From Candidatus Calescibacterium sp. (GTDB lineage Bacteria > Calescibacteriota > Calescibacteriia > Calescibacteriales > Calescibacteriaceae): 10,345 bases of DNA. Made by a program: the position numbers and the translations under genes. Where the stretch lies: the NCBI GenBank assembly GCA_032249135.1, contig JAVVGL010000043.1, forward strand, positions 1 through 10,345. Reading direction: 5' to 3'. Under the pieces are notes generated by a model. It was not told the DNA's origin and searched no databases. It saw only the letters and a program-made list of their open reading frames with translations. How positions within the stretch are numbered: position 1 is the first letter of the stretch; each line of letters opens with the position of its first letter. This document shows positions 7,890-10,345 of the stretch, piece by piece.

Positions 7890-10004
7890 TTACTTTATCA
7901 TTTTTGAATAAAATTTTTCTATGTATTCTTTTAGCATTCTTCTTGTTGAAAATTTTGGAGCAACAGATTTTATTGCTTCTTTCATCTTTTTTACCCATTT
8001 TACAGGAACTCCTTTTTCGTTCCTTTCATAGTAGAGTGGTACAATTTCGTTTTCTATTATGTCATAAATTTGTTCCGCGTGTTTTCTATCTCTTTCTTCC
8101 GGTGGTAAATTTGCATCTTCTTCATCACCTATCTTCCATCCATTTTTGCCGTTATATCCTTCAATCCACCATCCATCTAATACAGAGAGGTGAAGAACTC
8201 CGTTTATGCTTGCTTTCATTCCACTTGTACCACTGGCTTCAAGTGGTGGAATGGGATTGTTGAGCCAAACATCAACTCCTCTCACAAGGTAATGAGCTAA
8301 TTCTTCATCATAGTCTTCAACATAAGCTATTTTCCCTTCAAAATCCGGTTTTTTTGCGAAATTAAAAATTGTTTGAATTGCTTTTTTCCCTTCTATATCT
8401 GCGGGGTGAGCTTTTCCTGCGAAGATCAACTGAACGGGAGTTTTTTTGTTTGTTAGAATTCTTTTGAGCCTTTCCGGATTGTGGAAAATAAGAGTTGGTC
8501 TTTTGTATCCTGTCATTCTTCTTGCAAAGCATATTGTGAGGGCATCCGGGTCAAGAAAAACTCCTTCTGCTATTATTACTGTTGGTTCTGATTTATCTTT
8601 TAGCCAGCTTTCTTTTGCTCTATCTAATATGTGGCTTATCAAAATTTCCTTGTTTTCCATATGAGCTTGCCAGAGTTCCTCATCGGGAATTTCGTCTACA
8701 AGTTCCCATATTTTTTCCTCGTCTTGCATCTCAACCCAATGTGGGCTCAGGTATCTGTCAAGTAATTTCCTTATAAATGCACATAGCCATGATGGTATAT
8801 GAACTCCATTTGTCACATAATCTATTTCTATTTTTCTTTTTTCTTTTTCTGCTATAACATCTAAAATTGGTCCCCAAATTTTTTTTGTTGTTTCCATATG
8901 TTTTTTGCTCACAGCATTTGTGAATTTTGAAAGTCGCATAGACATCAAAGTTGTGTTAAAGCCCTCCGATGGATTCAGAGGATTTACTCCAAGATCAAAA
9001 ATACATTTCATATTTACTCCATAATCTTTTAAAAAAGTAAGATGTTCTTCTATCATATGAAACGGATATGTATTTACTGCTGCTCTCAGAGGTGTGTGAG
9101 TGGTAAATAATGTTATTTCTCTTACTTTTTCTATTGCATTTTCAAATTTCTCTCCTTCTTTTAGCATTTCTACTACTTGGGCTAATGGTGCAAAAGCGGG
9201 ATAATCTTCGTTTATGTGAATAACTCCGGGGGTAATTCCGAGTTTTTTAAGTATAGCAATACCTCCGAACCCAAGAGTAAATTGCTGGCGGAGTCTTAAT
9301 TCTCTATCTGCAACATATAATCTTGATGAAATATCTCTGTTCCAGGGAGAATTTTCTTCAACATTCGTATCAATAAGATAAAGTTTTGTTTTTCCTACAT
9401 TCACTATCCAGACTCCAAAGTAGATTTCTTCATCTTCTGCATATTCAATTTTCCCTTTTATCCAATTTCCATTTTCATCAAGTAGTTTTTGAGCTGGCAT
9501 AGTGTCTTTTGAGTTGGAAAGGAATATATCTTCTTGCCATCCATCTACTCTTATTTTTTGTCTGACATACCCTTGTGGATACATAAAGCCTATACCTATC
9601 ATAGGTAAGCCTATATCGGAGCTTTCTTTGAGTATATCTCCGCTGAGAAAACCGAGACCTCCGGCGTATATTAGTAAAGATTGGTGCAGTCCATATTCAG
9701 CTGAGAAGAACACAACGGGTTTTTGAAAATCAACTGTGTACTTTGTTATTCTTTCCATATATTTTTTGAACTGCAAATATGTGAAGTTGAGGAGGTCTAC
9801 AAAATTTTTGTTTTCTATTGCCTTTTCAACTAATTCCTCGTTTTTTATTATGGCTACGGGATTTTCCTTTGATTCTTTCCAAACTATTTCGCTTATTAGT
9901 CGGAAAAGTCTTTTTGCTGGGGGATTCCAGGACCACCAAAGATTATAAGCAAGCTCATTCAACATCTCTTTTATTTTGTCTGTGTTATCTTTCATCTTTT
10001 CCAT
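7890..10004 (-). CDS. glgP: Alpha-glucan (glycogen/maltodextrin) phosphorylase, GT35
   Basis: Motifs LAYNLWWSW, FSAEYG, YAGGLGFLSGD, SRLY...RLRQ, TTHTP, VTNGVH, FARR..GYKR, FAGKAHPAD, DVWLNNP, EASGTSGMK (PLP-Lys) and DGWW. The start is uncertain: ATG 10004 or ATG 9995 is preferred over TTG 10022. Confidence 0.96.
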   Translation of the reverse strand: MEKMKDNTDKIKEMLNELAYNLWWSWNPPAKRLFRLISEIVWKESKENPVAIIKNEELVEKAIENKNFVDLLNFTYLQFKKYMERITKYTVDFQKPVVFFSAEYGLHQSLLIYAGGLGFLSGDILKESSDIGLPMIGIGFMYPQGYVRQKIRVDGWQEDIFLSNSKDTMPAQKLLDENGNWIKGKIEYAEDEEIYFGVWIVNVGKTKLYLIDTNVEENSPWNRDISSRLYVADRELRLRQQFTLGFGGIAILKKLGITPGVIHINEDYPAFAPLAQVVEMLKEGEKFENAIEKVREITLFTTHTPLRAAVNTYPFHMIEEHLTFLKDYGVNMKCIFDLGVNPLNPSEGFNTTLMSMRLSKFTNAVSKKHMETTKKIWGPILDVIAEKEKRKIEIDYVTNGVHIPSWLCAFIRKLLDRYLSPHWVEMQDEEKIWELVDEIPDEELWQAHMENKEILISHILDRAKESWLKDKSEPTVIIAEGVFLDPDALTICFARRMTGYKRPTLIFHNPERLKRILTNKKTPVQLIFAGKAHPADIEGKKAIQTIFNFAKKPDFEGKIAYVEDYDEELAHYLVRGVDVWLNNPIPPLEASGTSGMKASINGVLHLSVLDGWWIEGYNGKNGWKIGDEEDANLPPEERDRKHAEQIYDIIENEIVPLYYERNEKGVPVKWVKKMKEAIKSVAPKFSTRRMLKEYIEKFYSKMIK

Positions 10005-10012
10005 CAATAAAT

Positions 10013-10039
10013 AGTTTAACAAAAACTCAATATATTATA
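10013..10039 (-). promoter_or_regulatory. Candidate glgP promoter elements: extended -10 (TGtTAAACT) and an upstream perfect TATAAT
   Basis: The minus strand reads TATAAT (10039-10034), then TTTTTGTTAAACT (10025-10013), ending 8 nt before ATG 10004. Confidence 0.4.
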
Positions 10040-10180
10040 AAGGATTTTGGGATGGTGGGAACAAATTGCGAAAAGAACGATTTTGAGCCACACAGATCAG
10101 TGCGGAAGATGTGTTTGTTGAATGAAAATTTGAATTTAAGAGAAAATGAAAAAATAAATTTTTGAGTTAAAATAAATGTT

Positions 10181-10345
10181 ATGGATGGATTGCAAATTTT
10201 TAGCATAATAATAGGAACAGCAGGAGTCATCGGGAGCTTTATCGCACTTGCTACTCACACCATAAACAGAAGAATTGATGATGTAAATAAAAGAATTGAT
10301 GACACTAACAAACGCATAGATTCCCTTGAAAATTCATTAGTAAGA
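10181..10345 (+). CDS. Partial (3'-truncated by the window) membrane-anchored coiled-coil protein with NKRIDDx heptad repeats
   Basis: My translation from ATG 10181, open to the window end: MDGLQIFSIIIGTAGVIGSFIALATHTINRRIDDVNKRIDDTNKRIDSLENSLVR. One hydrophobic segment is followed by three heptads. Confidence 0.8.
   Translation, partial: MDGLQIFSIIIGTAGVIGSFIALATHTINRRIDDVNKRIDDTNKRIDSLENSLVR
10265..10327 (+). repeat. Degenerate 21-bp coding tandem repeat, 3 copies
   Basis: AACAGAAGAATTGATGATGTA / AATAAAAGAATTGATGACACT / AACAAACGCATAGATTCCCTT encode NRRIDDV / NKRIDDT / NKRIDSL. Many differences are synonymous. Confidence 0.8.

Noticed and set aside
1376..9948. Other short ORFs in the track lying antisense to or overlapping ppdK, sodC, ctpA, GH57 and glgP
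   Set aside because: They overlap well-supported genes and show no recognisable motifs or translation signals.
10005..10022. TTG start of glgP at 10022
   Set aside because: No SD, it overlaps the candidate -10 element, and in-frame ATGs follow at 10004 and 9995.
10027..10230. 67-aa minus-strand ORF
   Set aside because: It overlaps the better-supported + strand ORF at 10181 and has no recognisable features.
10265..10327. 21-bp repeats as a CRISPR array
   Set aside because: The units are contiguous with no spacers, degenerate at synonymous positions, and in frame with a protein heptad.

Overview
AT-rich bacterial chromosomal window with six complete housekeeping/metabolic genes and one gene running off the right edge. 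In order: an LPLAT/MGAT-like acyltransferase (+), an unusually long pyruvate,phosphate dikinase ppdK (+), an exported Cu/Zn superoxide dismutase sodC (-), an S41 C-terminal processing protease ctpA (+), and a glgP alpha-glucan phosphorylase / GH57 glycoside hydrolase pair (-). A partial membrane-anchored heptad-repeat (NKRIDDx) coiled-coil ORF, missed by the ORF track, starts at 10181. The Lys/Glu/Ile-rich proteins and the glgP+GH57 pair resemble thermophilic bacteria (inference only). I see no mobile element, CRISPR array, RNA gene or clear novel multi-gene system. The most unusual object is the PPDK: its catalytic motifs are intact, but it carries a ~80-aa insertion, a ~24-aa duplicated insertion and a 65-aa histone-like Lys-rich tail. 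Family comparisons are from remembered consensus motifs, not from database searches.
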